From the NCBI GenBank assembly GCA_964016885.1, contig OZ024743.1:249054001-249118000 (forward strand): a DNA stretch of 64,000 bases, given 5' to 3'. Below the pieces are notes generated by a model, which was not told the DNA's origin, did no database searches, and saw nothing but the letters and a program-made list of their open reading frames with translations. The translations under genes were made by a program, and so were the position numbers. Each line of letters opens with the position of its first letter. Position 1 is the first letter of the stretch. This DNA is from Eledone cirrhosa. Its lineage: Eukaryota. Shown here in pieces: positions 63,029 through 64,000 of this stretch.

Positions 63029-64000
63029 ACCTAAACAGTGCATGAATGGAAGAATGGATGTAGAACCATTGGTAACTATATTGAGAGAAGGAAAAGCAGT
63101 ACCAATGACCTTTTTCAGTGCCTCTAAGCCTAGTAGAGAATAAGGGAAGAAGAGAAAAAGTTATCTTTACACAAAGACATAGCCATAAGTCTTGCTACAG
63201 AATATACCTCTGTTAAAAGAACTGAAGGACCAGGTGGAGGTATTGAATTAGGTGACAGGTAAACGTTTTAAATTCTGGACACCAGCTATGTGCAGTCCCC
63301 AACCCCAATGTTCCACATAAAAGTCACTGAAAAAAGAATAGACATCAATTAAATCTGAGAAAATGATAATGTATGAACTTAATAAAGATCACAGCAATGG
63401 CTTACCAAAGAATTCAGGCTAAAGCAATGATGTAAAACAATTGTAAATTCATTCAGAAAGTGATGTAAATAACAGTAAACTTAAATATATGGCACAATAT
63501 AATACTAGGATGTTGCAATATATATATCGGGTAGTTTCCATCTACCAAATTCACTCACAAGGCAATGGTTGGCCCAAGTCTATAGGAGAAGACACTTACC
63601 AAAGGTACCACTTGAAAAAATAGTACTTGGGTAGATACATTCAACTAAATTCCTTCAAGGCTGTGACTCTGCACGGCTATAGTCTAAAGCCTAAAATTAG
63701 TAAAATAATAAGAATATATAATTACGTTATCCTGTTGAATATTTTTTATTAATTGGTTAACATTTTGATACTGACCAAAACTGGCTCTGGTTCTATGAAA
63801 CAAAACCACTCATTTTCAAGAGTTCCTATTTAAATTTTAATCTTCTAATATAATTTTATATAAGAACCATATGTTAAGAAACTAACTTAGTAATGAAATA
63901 ATTATTAATTTTAGCAAGTTAACTTCCTCAAAATTCTTTATTAATTAATTGAAATAGAGTGTTATTTCGTTAGCGATACAATTATGAAAAGGTTAATATG

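Overview
AT-rich, repeat-dominated animal genomic DNA. The SINE families resemble those I know from octopus, so a coleoid cephalopod is likely (inference). Most six-frame ORFs are retrotransposon-derived or microsatellite artefacts. Contents: (1) about ten copies or fragments of an RTE-clade LINE family (subfamilies A, B, C) whose reverse transcriptase carries an in-frame C4HC3 PHD finger; (2) a nearly intact second RTE (BovB-like) element with C-terminal C2H2 fingers, plus a short non-coding, circularly permuted derivative; (3) at least five fold-back (inverted-repeat) elements carrying complete or partial Penelope-type minimal hammerhead ribozyme motifs with palindromic stem III, with no Penelope ORF seen; (4) tRNA-derived SINEs, L1/Tx1 and CR1/L2 fragments, non-autonomous Helitrons, hAT, Tc1-mariner and TTAA MITEs, and a solo LTR-like element; (5) three phase-compatible exons (50257-59772, +) of a host gene encoding a cyclic-nucleotide-binding-domain protein. 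Coordinates were read by eye and element ends may be off by a few bases.
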